From IMG/VR virus record IMGVR_UViG_3300032285_000379: a stretch of DNA of 64,000 nucleotides; one strand, 5' to 3'. Every line of letters starts with the position of its first letter. Position 1 is the first letter of the stretch. Made by a program: the position numbers and the translations under genes. The notes under the pieces were generated by a model. That model was not told the DNA's origin. It ran no database searches and saw only the letters and a program-made list of their open reading frames with translations. This DNA is from an uncultured virus (IMG/VR IMGVR_UViG_3300032285_000379). Lineage: Duplodnaviria > Heunggongvirae > Uroviricota > Caudoviricetes. This document shows positions 17,683-27,208 of this stretch, one piece after another.

Positions 17683-18009
17683 TTAAACGGTTTCGATGTT
17701 GACGAATTCGGCGGTTGGTACAGCATCACGCAATGTCTGACCTACGGTTGCCATGCAGACAACGTCAGCCCAATCAGCCTGATCGGCATCAAGTGCGTCA
17801 ACCAATTTGGCATGGTCAATTGAGTAAGAGCGCACTGCAAATTCGGATTGTTGGTAGACAAACATGGCTCGCATGAGGTTGTTCCAATTGACAGCGTTTG
17901 GGTTGAGCGCAAAGTCTTTATGGGCAGAGCGCAGGATTTTTTCAGCCCAACCCATCAAGTGGGCTTTGAGGATTTGTTGGTTGACTGATTGCATAGCAAT
18001 ACCTTTCAA
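17683..18009 (-). CDS. Hypothetical early protein
   Basis: ORF; true start may be MQSVNQ. Confidence 0.65.
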   Translation of the reverse strand: MKGIAMQSVNQQILKAHLMGWAEKILRSAHKDFALNPNAVNWNNLMRAMFVYQQSEFAVRSYSIDHAKLVDALDADQADWADVVCMATVGQTLRDAVPTAEFVNIETV

Positions 18010-18018
18010 GTGGTTGGT

Positions 18019-18150
18019 TTAAACAGTGGCAAGAAAACGTGCGACAGACTGGTCAACCCAGTATTCATTGGCAAGGGTTTCAAGCACTTGGTGCTTGGTC
18101 ATGCCTTGGGCTAACAGGGTTTCGATTACGGCTTTGAGTGACTTGGTCAT
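18019..18150 (-). CDS. 43-aa hypothetical early protein (MTKSLKAVIE...)
   Basis: First ORF after the putative promoter. Confidence 0.55.
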   Translation of the reverse strand: MTKSLKAVIETLLAQGMTKHQVLETLANEYWVDQSVARFLATV

Positions 18151-18176
18151 GATAGTGATAGTGCGGTTGGTTGTGA

Positions 18177-18216
18177 TAGTACTACAACGCCATAGGTGAC
18201 AGATGCGTTTACACGC
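18177..18216 (-). promoter_or_regulatory. Putative early promoter GCGTGTAAAC-N17-CGTTGTAGTACTA
   Basis: Second copy of the motif at 16955. Confidence 0.5.
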
Positions 18217-18467
18217 TGACAAAAAAAATTAAAAATAGTTGAAGTGAGTGCTTACTAACTTAGCCGATGGATTTGCAGTGTATTTATATTAGTTGGGTGG
18301 TTTTCTAGGAGAATGAATACGTAAGGTTTCAGAAAATAGGGTAATTAACGAAAGTATTCTAAAACGCTTAAAACGGGCTACAAGGCGGGGAAAACCGAAA
18401 GGTAAGGGGTAGATGAGGGTAAAAATAAAAATCGCTTCTAGGGGTGTTTAAATGCGTCCTAGACCCA

Positions 18468-18578
18468 TGTGGATAAGGTTTAAACCAGTGTGGATAAGTG
18501 GTTATGCACAGTGGTCGGGAAGTTATTCACAGTATCCACAGGGTTATGCACATTAACAAGTTGTGGATATGTGGATAA
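18468..18578. other. Cluster of 8 DnaA boxes (oriC-like origin or DnaA-titration site)
   Basis: TGTGGATAA 18468, 18489, 18570; TTATGCACA 18502, 18544; TTATTCACA 18523; GTATCCACA 18532; TGTGGATAT 18562. Confidence 0.8.
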
Positions 18579-18579
18579 G

Positions 18580-18608
18580 TTGACAGGTCGGTGCGAAGCA
18601 CTGATAAT
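18580..18608 (+). promoter_or_regulatory. Sigma70-like promoter TTGACA-N17-GATAAT for the packaging operon
   Basis: Consensus match abutting the last DnaA box. Confidence 0.65.
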
Positions 18609-18680
18609 GCGAACAGTACTGTTTAAACGTACAGGTTGAGGCTAAGTGTGTGAGTGCTTACTAACTTATGGAGATTGGGC

Positions 18681-19310
18681 ATGGACAAGGTCAGCAAGGA
18701 TGAGTACCTGAGAGCGTTGGAAATGGCAGAGCAGGATCTGGATCAGGACGGCGATGCGAACAGTTGGGGGGACGGTGAACTCAGCGAAGCTGAACGGCTT
18801 GCCGCTCACGCAGATGCACCTACAGTAAGGACAACAGACGGTAAACCGATAGGGAGTGATAGAGGGGAAAGACCTAAGCCAATGACAGCGGCAATGACTC
18901 TATTCGCACAGGGGTTGGTGCAGGGAAAAACCTATCGCCAAGCCTACCGTGATGCTTACCCTCAGCAGACAGGTAGCGACAGCACAATCACGACTAGCGC
19001 ATACAAGCTGAGCCGTGACCCAAGGGTTCAAGCACTTGTGGCAGATGCGTTAGAGGAAACAGCGGAACACCTCGCAGAGGATATGGCGAGTACAAAGCGG
19101 TATGTGATGCGGCAGTTGGTTGCACACAGTAAACAGGCAAAGCAAGAGGGTACGAAATTAAAAGCACTTGAACTGTTGGGTAAAGCATCAGGGTTGTTTA
19201 CACAAGTGACAGGCGAAGCAGACGTGCCAGTGACAGCAGAGCAACTCAAGCGTGAACTAGGTCAACACCTCAAGCTTGTGAAGGCTAGTAAGGCTATGCC
19301 TAGTGCATGA
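18681..19310 (+). CDS. terS: Terminase small subunit
   Basis: FAQGLVQGKTYRQAYRDAY..SAYKL; KLKALELLGK..GLF; upstream of TerL. Confidence 0.75.
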   Translation: MDKVSKDEYLRALEMAEQDLDQDGDANSWGDGELSEAERLAAHADAPTVRTTDGKPIGSDRGERPKPMTAAMTLFAQGLVQGKTYRQAYRDAYPQQTGSDSTITTSAYKLSRDPRVQALVADALEETAEHLAEDMASTKRYVMRQLVAHSKQAKQEGTKLKALELLGKASGLFTQVTGEADVPVTAEQLKRELGQHLKLVKASKAMPSA

Positions 19311-19636
19311 CGCTAGTGTGTGTACACGCACCCATCGCAGAGCTACTGGCATCGCATGGGGCAGTGGCGTGTAAACGTGGTGTGGGCGACCCCTGCCGTA
19401 CCCCAACCCCCCAGATGGCACGCTTACCTCCCCCTCCCGCACTTACACTGTGATCCACTCTTCCAAATATCTCCCCCCAAACACCTCCCCCTTCCTTTCG
19501 CAAAACTTACACCCCCGGGGTATATATATTTTCAGAAAACACTTGCGAACGTTCGTGAGAACGTTTAAACTGACGGTGTTTAAACATCAGCAAGACCATG
19601 CTGAGTTCGTAAGAACGAAAGATTTTGAAAATCAAA

Positions 19637-19867
19637 ATGACCCCTCGCAGACAATTAGTGCTGGACTTCATCAAGGCTTACATTCGTATCCACGGTATAG
19701 CTCCGTCATATGAAGTTATTGCCAAAGGTCTGAACATGAAGTCAAAAGCCAATATCCACCGGATAGTGCATCGCTTGCGCGATGATGGCTACTTGACCTT
19801 AAAGCCGCACAAGTTCCATTCCATTAAGGTGATGGATCGTTCTGTTAGAGAAATCTCCGCTTTATGA
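19637..19867 (+). CDS. LexA-like N-terminal winged-HTH protein (no peptidase domain)
   Basis: MTPRRQLVLDFIKAYIRIHGIAPSYEVIA..NIHRIVHRL..GYL. Confidence 0.75.
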   Translation: MTPRRQLVLDFIKAYIRIHGIAPSYEVIAKGLNMKSKANIHRIVHRLRDDGYLTLKPHKFHSIKVMDRSVREISAL

Positions 19868-21375
19868 GTTTATTGACCCGCGAAGAGATCATCCAGTATT
19901 TGGGGATAGCCAACTCTTTGCCGCCCGATGATCGGGCTAAGGTTTTCCAGTTATTGGAGATGGACAGGGTTGAGAGATGCCGGGAGAACTTCCTGTATTT
20001 CGTCACGCAGATGTGGCCCGGGTTTATTTCCGGTAAACACCACGCAATCATGGCTAATGCTTTCGAGAGAGTGGCGGCAGGGACGCTAAAGCGTCTAATC
20101 ATCAATATGCCTCCACGGCACACCAAGTCTGAGTTTGCTTCCTATCTGCTGCCGTCTTGGTTTCTGGGTAAGTATCCTGAGAAGAAGATCATTCAGACTG
20201 CTCACACCGCAGAACTTGCGGTCGGGTTTGGACGTAAAGTCCGAAACCTAGTCCAGTCGGAGGCTTTCGCCAAGGTCTTTGACACCAAACTGTCCTCTGA
20301 TTCCAAGGCCGCAGGCCGGTGGAACACCGACAAAGGCGGAGACTACTTCGCTATTGGTGTTGGTGGTGCGGTTACCGGTAAGGGTGCTGACATTCTGATC
20401 ATTGATGACCCGCACTCAGAACAAGAAGCCCGCCAAAACAACCCCGCAGTCTTTGATGGGGTCTATGAGTGGTACACATCTGGCCCGCGCCAGCGTTTAC
20501 AGCCGGGCGGAGCCATCATTATCGTGATGACACGCTGGTCTAAGCGAGATTTGACCGGTCAGATCATCAAGAATTCCGAAAAAGGCGGCGTAGATGAGTG
20601 GGAAGTGATCGAATTTCCGGCTATTTTGCCCTCTGGAACGCCACTTTGGCCCGGATTTTGGTCAAAAATCGAGTTAGAGGCCCTCAAAGCAGAGCTTCCA
20701 ACAGCAAAATGGGAAGCGCAATACCAACAAAACCCAACCGGCAACGAATCAGCCATCATCAAGCGGGATATGTGGCGGATATGGGAGTCGGATGTACCGC
20801 CTCCCTGTGATTACCTGATTCAAAGCTGGGATACCGCCTTTGAAAAGAACAACAGGGCTGACTTCTCAGCCTGCACAACGTGGGGTGTCTTCCAACATCC
20901 CGATGCGCAGGGCAATCTAAAGCCGAATATCATCGTCCTTGACTCGTTTAAACAGCGTATGGAGTTCCCTGAACTCAAAAAGAAGGCAATGGAGATGTGG
21001 AAGGAATGGAATCCCGATACGTTGATCATTGAGAAGAAAGCCGCTGGCGCTCCGTTGATTTATGAGCTGCGCATGATGGGAGTTCCTCTACAGGAGTTCA
21101 CACCAAGCAAAGGAAACGATAAGATCGCCCGTGTAAACGCGATCTCAGACCTGTTTGCATCTGGCGTGGTCTGGTGTCCCGATACCCGCTGGGCTGATGA
21201 ACTCATGGAAGAACTTGCAGCCTTCCCTAATGGCGACAACGATGACCTTGTGGACTCCACCAGTCAGGCGCTGATCCGTTACCGACAAGGCGGCTTCATT
21301 GGAATTGACTCAGATGAGCAAGAGGAAGTCAGGTACTTCAAAGGCCGCAGAACAGAGCGGTATTACACAGTTTAA
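19864..21375 (+). CDS. terL: Terminase large subunit
   Basis: RLIINMPPRHTKSE, IIDDPH, QSWDTA, DDLVDS. Confidence 0.95.
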   Translation: MSLLTREEIIQYLGIANSLPPDDRAKVFQLLEMDRVERCRENFLYFVTQMWPGFISGKHHAIMANAFERVAAGTLKRLIINMPPRHTKSEFASYLLPSWFLGKYPEKKIIQTAHTAELAVGFGRKVRNLVQSEAFAKVFDTKLSSDSKAAGRWNTDKGGDYFAIGVGGAVTGKGADILIIDDPHSEQEARQNNPAVFDGVYEWYTSGPRQRLQPGGAIIIVMTRWSKRDLTGQIIKNSEKGGVDEWEVIEFPAILPSGTPLWPGFWSKIELEALKAELPTAKWEAQYQQNPTGNESAIIKRDMWRIWESDVPPPCDYLIQSWDTAFEKNNRADFSACTTWGVFQHPDAQGNLKPNIIVLDSFKQRMEFPELKKKAMEMWKEWNPDTLIIEKKAAGAPLIYELRMMGVPLQEFTPSKGNDKIARVNAISDLFASGVVWCPDTRWADELMEELAAFPNGDNDDLVDSTSQALIRYRQGGFIGIDSDEQEEVRYFKGRRTERYYTV

Positions 21376-21384
21376 GGATTGATC

Positions 21385-23877
21385 ATGGAAAAAGGTTTAT
21401 ACGCAGCGCCTCAAGGTTTAAACGATGAGATTGGGGATTTGTCTGGCCCGCCCATTGAAATCGAAATTGAAAATCCAGATTCCGTAGATCTGGGCATTGG
21501 CGCACTTCAGGTCCATATGGAGCCAGCCGAAGAAACTGCTGAAACTTTCGACGCTAACCTCGCAGAATATATGGATGATTCTGACTTGCAGAGCCTAGCC
21601 TCTGACTTGGTGGAAGATTTTGAGAAAGATACCCGCGACCGCAGAGATTGGATCAGAACTTACGTAGAAGGCCTGAAATTGCTGGGTTTGAAGTACGAAG
21701 AGCGTACAGAACCTTGGCAAGGAGCCTGCGGTGTATTCCACCCAATGCTGACGGAATCTGTGGTCAGATTCCAATCCGAAGGCATCACAGAGACATTCCC
21801 CGCAATGGGGCCTGTCAAGACCAAAATTATCGGCAAAGAAACCCCCGAAACAGAAGACGCAGCCCAACGAGTTCAAGAAGACATGAACTATCAGTTGACT
21901 GAGGTGATGACTGAGTACCGCCCGGAGCATGAAAAGCTCCTGTGGTCTTTGCCAATCACCGGCTCCGCCTTCAAAAAGGTCTACTACGACCCATCAAAAG
22001 GCCGTCAGATGGCGGTGTTTATCCCCGCAGAAGACCTTGTAGTCCCCTACGGCGCAAGAGACATCGAATCTTCCGAGCGTGTTACCCATGTGATGCGCAA
22101 GACAAAGAATGAGGTTTTAAAGCTACAAGAGTCGGGTTTCTACTTAGATGTCGATCTTGGCGATCCAAGCTACGAGCTTGACGACGTAGAAAAACAGAAG
22201 TCTGAAGAGAATGGCATGTCTGCCATTCAGGACGACCGCTATCGTATTCTTGAAATGCATGTGGACATTGACCTGCCCGGCTTTGAACACACCAACAAAA
22301 AGGGCGAAAAGACAGGCATTGCCCTGCCTTATGTGATCACGGTAGAGAAACAATCTGGCGAAATTCTTGCAATAAGGAGAAACTGGTATGAAGGGGACGA
22401 GCTTCACATCAAACGACAGCACTTCGTGCATTACCAATACATCCCCGGCGATGGCTTTTACGGCTATGGTCTTATCCACCTTATCGGGGGATATGCAAAA
22501 TCGGCTACTATGCTCATCCGGCAATTGGTTGACGCGGGAACGCTTTCAAACCTTCCCGGCGGACTCAAATCCCGTGGTCTGCGCATTAAAGGCGATGACA
22601 CGCCAATCCAACCCGGAGAGTTCCGTGACGTAGACGTACCGTCCGGCTCAATCCGCGACAACATCCTCCCGCTCCCTTATAAAGAGCCAAGCCAAGTTCT
22701 CTTTGCTTTGTTCCAAAACATCGTAGAAGAAGGCCGTGCATTTGCCAACGGCGGCGACATGAATGTCTCTGACATGTCTGCGCAGGCTCCGGTCGGCACA
22801 ACTCTGGCTATCTTGGAACGCACCCTCAAGGTCATGGGCGCAGTCCAGTCCCGTATGCACTACTCCATGAAGCAAGAGTTCAAGCTTCTGAAGGTAATCA
22901 TCGCCGACTACACCCCAGAAGATTATGACTACCAGCCCGAAGAAGGTAGCCGCGCAGCCCGTAAATCTGACTACGAAACCACTGACGTTATCCCTGTCAG
23001 CGATCCCAACGCCTCAACAATGGCGCAGAAGATCGTCCAATATCAGGCGGTTCTCCAGTTAGCTCAAGGCGCACCCCAGTTGTATGACATGCCTTTGCTA
23101 CACCGTCAAATGATTGAGGTTCTGGGTGTCAAGAACGCCAATAAATTGGTCAAAACGGAAGACGATCAAGTCCCGACAGATCCAGTGCAGGAGAACCAAA
23201 ACATCCTGACAGGCCAGCCGGTCAAGGCTTTTATAGAGCAAAACCACGAAGCTCACATCCAAGTCCACATGATGGCGATGCAAGATCCAAAGATCGCCCA
23301 AATCATCGCTCAAAACCCGCAAGCACAAATGATGCAAGCCGCAATGATGGCTCACATCAACGAGCATGTGGGCTTCCAGTACCGTCTGGAGATTGAAAAG
23401 CGCATGGGTATTCCCTTGCCTGACGAAGACAAAACCAAACAAGTTCCACCAGAAATGGCGGATCACCTTGCCATCATGGCAGCAGACGCAGCCAAACAAC
23501 TGTTTACACAGAACAGTCAAGAGGCTCAAGCTCAGCAAGCCCAACAACAAATGCAAGATCCAATTGTCCAAATGCAGATGCAAGAGCTGCAATTGAAGCA
23601 ACAGGATTTGCAGTTGAAGCAACAAAAACAAGCTATGGATGCTGCCGCCAAGGCAGATCAGATCCGTATCGAAGAGGCTCGGATTGCCGCTCAAAAGGAA
23701 ATTGCAGCCATGCAGGTTGCTGCGACCGCATCGGCAAACAAAGATCGTTTAAACAAACAAATGGAATTGGATGGCGCTCGTCTAGGAGTGGACATCGCAA
23801 AACACCGCTCTCAAATGGCGGTGCAAGCCGCGCAGAAATCTGCGCAACAACCTCCAAACAAACCTAAGAAAGGGTGA
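21385..23877 (+). CDS. Portal protein
   Basis: Position after TerL; GSAFKKVYYD, LVDAGTLSNLPGG; Q-rich C-terminal coiled coil. Confidence 0.85.
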   Translation: MEKGLYAAPQGLNDEIGDLSGPPIEIEIENPDSVDLGIGALQVHMEPAEETAETFDANLAEYMDDSDLQSLASDLVEDFEKDTRDRRDWIRTYVEGLKLLGLKYEERTEPWQGACGVFHPMLTESVVRFQSEGITETFPAMGPVKTKIIGKETPETEDAAQRVQEDMNYQLTEVMTEYRPEHEKLLWSLPITGSAFKKVYYDPSKGRQMAVFIPAEDLVVPYGARDIESSERVTHVMRKTKNEVLKLQESGFYLDVDLGDPSYELDDVEKQKSEENGMSAIQDDRYRILEMHVDIDLPGFEHTNKKGEKTGIALPYVITVEKQSGEILAIRRNWYEGDELHIKRQHFVHYQYIPGDGFYGYGLIHLIGGYAKSATMLIRQLVDAGTLSNLPGGLKSRGLRIKGDDTPIQPGEFRDVDVPSGSIRDNILPLPYKEPSQVLFALFQNIVEEGRAFANGGDMNVSDMSAQAPVGTTLAILERTLKVMGAVQSRMHYSMKQEFKLLKVIIADYTPEDYDYQPEEGSRAARKSDYETTDVIPVSDPNASTMAQKIVQYQAVLQLAQGAPQLYDMPLLHRQMIEVLGVKNANKLVKTEDDQVPTDPVQENQNILTGQPVKAFIEQNHEAHIQVHMMAMQDPKIAQIIAQNPQAQMMQAAMMAHINEHVGFQYRLEIEKRMGIPLPDEDKTKQVPPEMADHLAIMAADAAKQLFTQNSQEAQAQQAQQQMQDPIVQMQMQELQLKQQDLQLKQQKQAMDAAAKADQIRIEEARIAAQKEIAAMQVAATASANKDRLNKQMELDGARLGVDIAKHRSQMAVQAAQKSAQQPPNKPKKG

Positions 23878-23879
23878 GT

Positions 23880-24077
23880 ATGGATGCAAACCGTGTTTTA
23901 CAACATGTGCGAACCGAACTGGGAAAGATCAGCCAAGAGCAGGTCGAGTACTTAGCGAGTGGAAGAGTAACCGATCATGCCGAATATCGGCACATCTGCG
24001 GGGTGATACGAGGTCTTGGTCACGCAGACGGGTTCATAAACGACCTTGCGAAGAAGCTGGAGTTTTCCGATGACTGA
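23880..24077 (+). CDS. Hypothetical protein
   Basis: Coupled ORF after portal. Confidence 0.65.
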   Translation: MDANRVLQHVRTELGKISQEQVEYLASGRVTDHAEYRHICGVIRGLGHADGFINDLAKKLEFSDD

Positions 24078-24477
24078 ATTTGATGTTGACGCTATTGATC
24101 TTTCGGGGGTTCTAAACAAAACCTCGGAAGAAAAAGCCAAACAATTGCCAGACCCGTCAGGGTTTATGTTGCTAACGGTCGTGCCGGAGGCAATGGAGGA
24201 GTTTGCGGACAGTGAGATTGGGATCGTTAAGTCGAACCAATCGATCCACTACGAGGAGCTTTTGTCGCCTGTCTTGTTTGTTGTCAAGATTGGCCCGGAA
24301 GCCTACCAAGATAAGGCGAGATTCCCCGGTGGCCCTCGCTGCAAGATCGGTGACTTCGTCATCGTCCGCCCCAATTCAGGCACTCGCCTGAAGATTCATG
24401 GTCGTGAATTCAGGCTCATCAATGATGATTCTGTCGAAGCGGTCGTGGAAGATCCAAGGGGAATTAGTCGTGCGTAG
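24070..24477 (+). CDS. GroES-like co-chaperonin
   Basis: VVKIGPEAY, CKIGDFV, GREFRLINDDSVEAVV. Confidence 0.8.
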   Translation: MTEFDVDAIDLSGVLNKTSEEKAKQLPDPSGFMLLTVVPEAMEEFADSEIGIVKSNQSIHYEELLSPVLFVVKIGPEAYQDKARFPGGPRCKIGDFVIVRPNSGTRLKIHGREFRLINDDSVEAVVEDPRGISRA

Positions 24478-24886
24478 CGAAAAACAAAAAGAATCAAGAC
24501 GCAAATACGAATCCTCCGATAAAGGCAAGATGGCAAAAAAACGCCATGAGGCTGCGTATGTTTTGTCTGGCGGAAGGGCAAAACAAGAAGCTATTCGCGC
24601 AAAAAAACCAATTTCAGAGGCAAGGAAACAAGCTAGATTGAGGTATCAGTTAATGCGGAGATCGGGCGAAAAATCACTTGACTGCTTTGATTCTTGGGTA
24701 CTAAGGGAAGCTGTTGCACTCGCCAAATTGCGCAAGCAAATATGCGGCGGGGAGTGGCATGTTGATCATATTATTCCAGTTAGCAAAGGCGGCTCATGCA
24801 CCCATGACAACCTTCAGGTTGTCCCGGCCCATTGGAACCGGAGCAAATCCAACAAACATAACGGGCAATTTTTTGCCTGCGCATAA
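24470..24886 (+). CDS. HNH homing endonuclease
   Basis: WHVDHIIPVSKGGSCTHDNLQVVPAHWNRSKSN. Confidence 0.8.
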   Translation: MRSEKQKESRRKYESSDKGKMAKKRHEAAYVLSGGRAKQEAIRAKKPISEARKQARLRYQLMRRSGEKSLDCFDSWVLREAVALAKLRKQICGGEWHVDHIIPVSKGGSCTHDNLQVVPAHWNRSKSNKHNGQFFACA

Positions 24887-24895
24887 GGAGCAATC

Positions 24896-25858
24896 ATGGC
24901 AACATACGAAGCGGAATTCAAGTTTCCGGTAGATGAAGACGACGCACCTCAAAAAGACGAAAAGTTTGAGGTAGATATTGAAGACGATACCCCTGAGCAA
25001 GATCGGGGCAGAAAGAGTTCCGGCCCAATTGAAGAGCCGTCAGATGACGAACTCTCTAAGTACAGCAAGGATGTACAGGAGCGGGTCGGCAAACTCAAGC
25101 GCGGCTATCACGATGAACGCAGAGCCAAGGAAAAGGCTGAGCGGGAGCGGGTGGCAGCAGAAGAATTCGCTAAGCAGGTGTATGAGGAAAACAAGCGTTT
25201 AAAAGGACAACTCAAGTCCGGTAGCGAAGTTTTCATCGAACAAAACAAATCCACAGCCCAAATGGAGCTGGATGCAGCCAAGAAGAAGTACAAAGAAGCG
25301 TACGAATCTGGCGACGCTGACGGCGTGGCTGAAGCTCAGATGGAGATCACCAAGGCAACGCTCAGGATTGACCGCGCAGAACAAATGCGTCCAATCGACG
25401 AGCCGGACACCTACGCACCTCCTGTCCAAGAGCAAAAACCCAACATGTCGCCACGCACCCAGAAGTGGGTGGAGAAGAATTCCGACTGGTTCGGCGCAGA
25501 CGAAGAAATGACAATGGCTGCGATGGGGCTTGACAGGAAACTGAAAAAAGAATATGGTGACGACTATGCAGGTACTGAAGAGTACTTCCGCACCATCGAT
25601 CAGACGATGCGCAAAAGATTTCCTGAACATTTCGATGTTCAGCGCCATGAGGATGATGACACCTCTCAAAGGTCGTCAGATACGGATGAGGAACCTCCTC
25701 GCCGCGCCAAACCCGCTGCCGTAGTAGCTCCGGCTTCACGCAGCACACCCCCTAATCGCATCAAGCTAACAGCATCTCAGGCCGCCATTGCGCGTCGGCT
25801 TAACGTGCCTATAGAAGAGTATGCGAAACAGGTAGCAAATCTTAAAAGGAGTTCGTAA
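24896..25858 (+). CDS. Probable scaffolding protein
   Basis: Acidic coiled coil; C-terminal IARRLNVPIEEYAK; precedes capsid genes. Confidence 0.65.
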   Translation: MATYEAEFKFPVDEDDAPQKDEKFEVDIEDDTPEQDRGRKSSGPIEEPSDDELSKYSKDVQERVGKLKRGYHDERRAKEKAERERVAAEEFAKQVYEENKRLKGQLKSGSEVFIEQNKSTAQMELDAAKKKYKEAYESGDADGVAEAQMEITKATLRIDRAEQMRPIDEPDTYAPPVQEQKPNMSPRTQKWVEKNSDWFGADEEMTMAAMGLDRKLKKEYGDDYAGTEEYFRTIDQTMRKRFPEHFDVQRHEDDDTSQRSSDTDEEPPRRAKPAAVVAPASRSTPPNRIKLTASQAAIARRLNVPIEEYAKQVANLKRSS

Positions 25859-26334
25859 TGGAACAGGTAAATGATCAAGTCGCGGCTAAGCAAAACCGCT
25901 CACCCCGCGCCCAAGAGTCTCGTCAAGTTATGGCTCGGCCTACTTCATGGAAGCCACCAGAAACTTTGCCGTCACCTGATCCTCGCCCCGGAATCACTCA
26001 TCGTTGGGTCAGAACCAGCATGATGGGTCAGACGGATGCTCCGAATATTTCGTCAAAGTTTAGGGAAGGTTACGAGCCTTGCAAGGCTGAAGACTATCCA
26101 GAAATGATGATGCACGCAGTTCAAGAAGGCCGATTCAAAGGCAACATTGAGCATGGTGGATTGCTACTGTGCGCGATTCCTACTGAATTTTTGAAGCAAC
26201 GTGAAGCATATTTTGCTAACGTGAACAAATCTCAGATGGAGTCTGTGGACAACAACTTTATGAGAGATAACGACCCACGGATGTCGAAATTTGCAGAAAG
26301 ATCGACAAAAGTATCGTTTGGAACAGGTTCTTAA
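25858..26334 (+). CDS. Head-module protein
   Basis: Coupled ORF; HRWVR, REGYEP, GGLLLC. Confidence 0.7.
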   Translation: MEQVNDQVAAKQNRSPRAQESRQVMARPTSWKPPETLPSPDPRPGITHRWVRTSMMGQTDAPNISSKFREGYEPCKAEDYPEMMMHAVQEGRFKGNIEHGGLLLCAIPTEFLKQREAYFANVNKSQMESVDNNFMRDNDPRMSKFAERSTKVSFGTGS

Positions 26335-26353
26335 ACTTTTCAAGGAGTCTTAA

Positions 26354-27196
26354 ATGGCTTATCCCACGGTTTCGGCCCCCTACGGTCTAAAACCGATCAA
26401 TCTGATCGGAGGTCAGGTATTTGCGGGTTCTACCCGTGAAGTACCTATTCAATACGGTAGCTCCGTAAGCATTTACTACGGCGATTTCGTTCGCGTTATC
26501 CGTGGTAATGCAATGCGTCTGGGCATCACAACTGACGGTACTGCACAAGGTATGGTCGGCGTGTTCCTCGGCTGTTCATACACCAACCCACTGACCAAGC
26601 AGAAGCAGTTCAGCCAATACTGGCCCGGCGGCACGCTGGCTGGTGACGCTGTTGCGATTGTTTGTGACGATCCTGACACCGTGTTCAAAGCAGTCGTTTG
26701 CTCATCTGGCACTACAGTTGCTTCCGGCAGCTACGCCATGATTGGTCAAAACTACGGCGTGTTGGATAACACTGGCAGCACAACCACAGGTAACTCTTCA
26801 GTTGCTTTGGCTTACTCTGCAACTTTGACTACAAACACATTCCCATGTCGCGTAGTTGGCGTTGTGCCTGACACGGCTTCTTCTGTGTCTGCAACAGGTA
26901 GCTCTTCAAGCACTACTATTACCCTCACAGGTTCTGGTTTGCCAAGCGCCATCGTGCAAGGTACTGATGTTTCTTATGTAGCTTCTAACGGTCAAATCGT
27001 CCGTACAGGTTCATTTGTGACTACAGCCTACGCAGCGGGTACAACCTCCATTGCTATCAACGTGGCAACTTCGTCCTTGGGTAATACGGCAACGACTATT
27101 CCCTCAAGTTCAACAATCGTCTTTACTCAGATTCCAGAGATGCTCGTCAAGATCAACTTTGGTAACCATGAGTACTACACTGCCACCGCAGTCTAA
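26354..27196 (+). CDS. Putative capsid decoration/minor capsid protein
   Basis: APYGLKP, VGVFLGCSYT, DDPDTVF; directly before MCP. Confidence 0.65.
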   Translation: MAYPTVSAPYGLKPINLIGGQVFAGSTREVPIQYGSSVSIYYGDFVRVIRGNAMRLGITTDGTAQGMVGVFLGCSYTNPLTKQKQFSQYWPGGTLAGDAVAIVCDDPDTVFKAVVCSSGTTVASGSYAMIGQNYGVLDNTGSTTTGNSSVALAYSATLTTNTFPCRVVGVVPDTASSVSATGSSSSTTITLTGSGLPSAIVQGTDVSYVASNGQIVRTGSFVTTAYAAGTTSIAINVATSSLGNTATTIPSSSTIVFTQIPEMLVKINFGNHEYYTATAV

Positions 27197-27208
27197 GGAG
27201 TAACTTAA

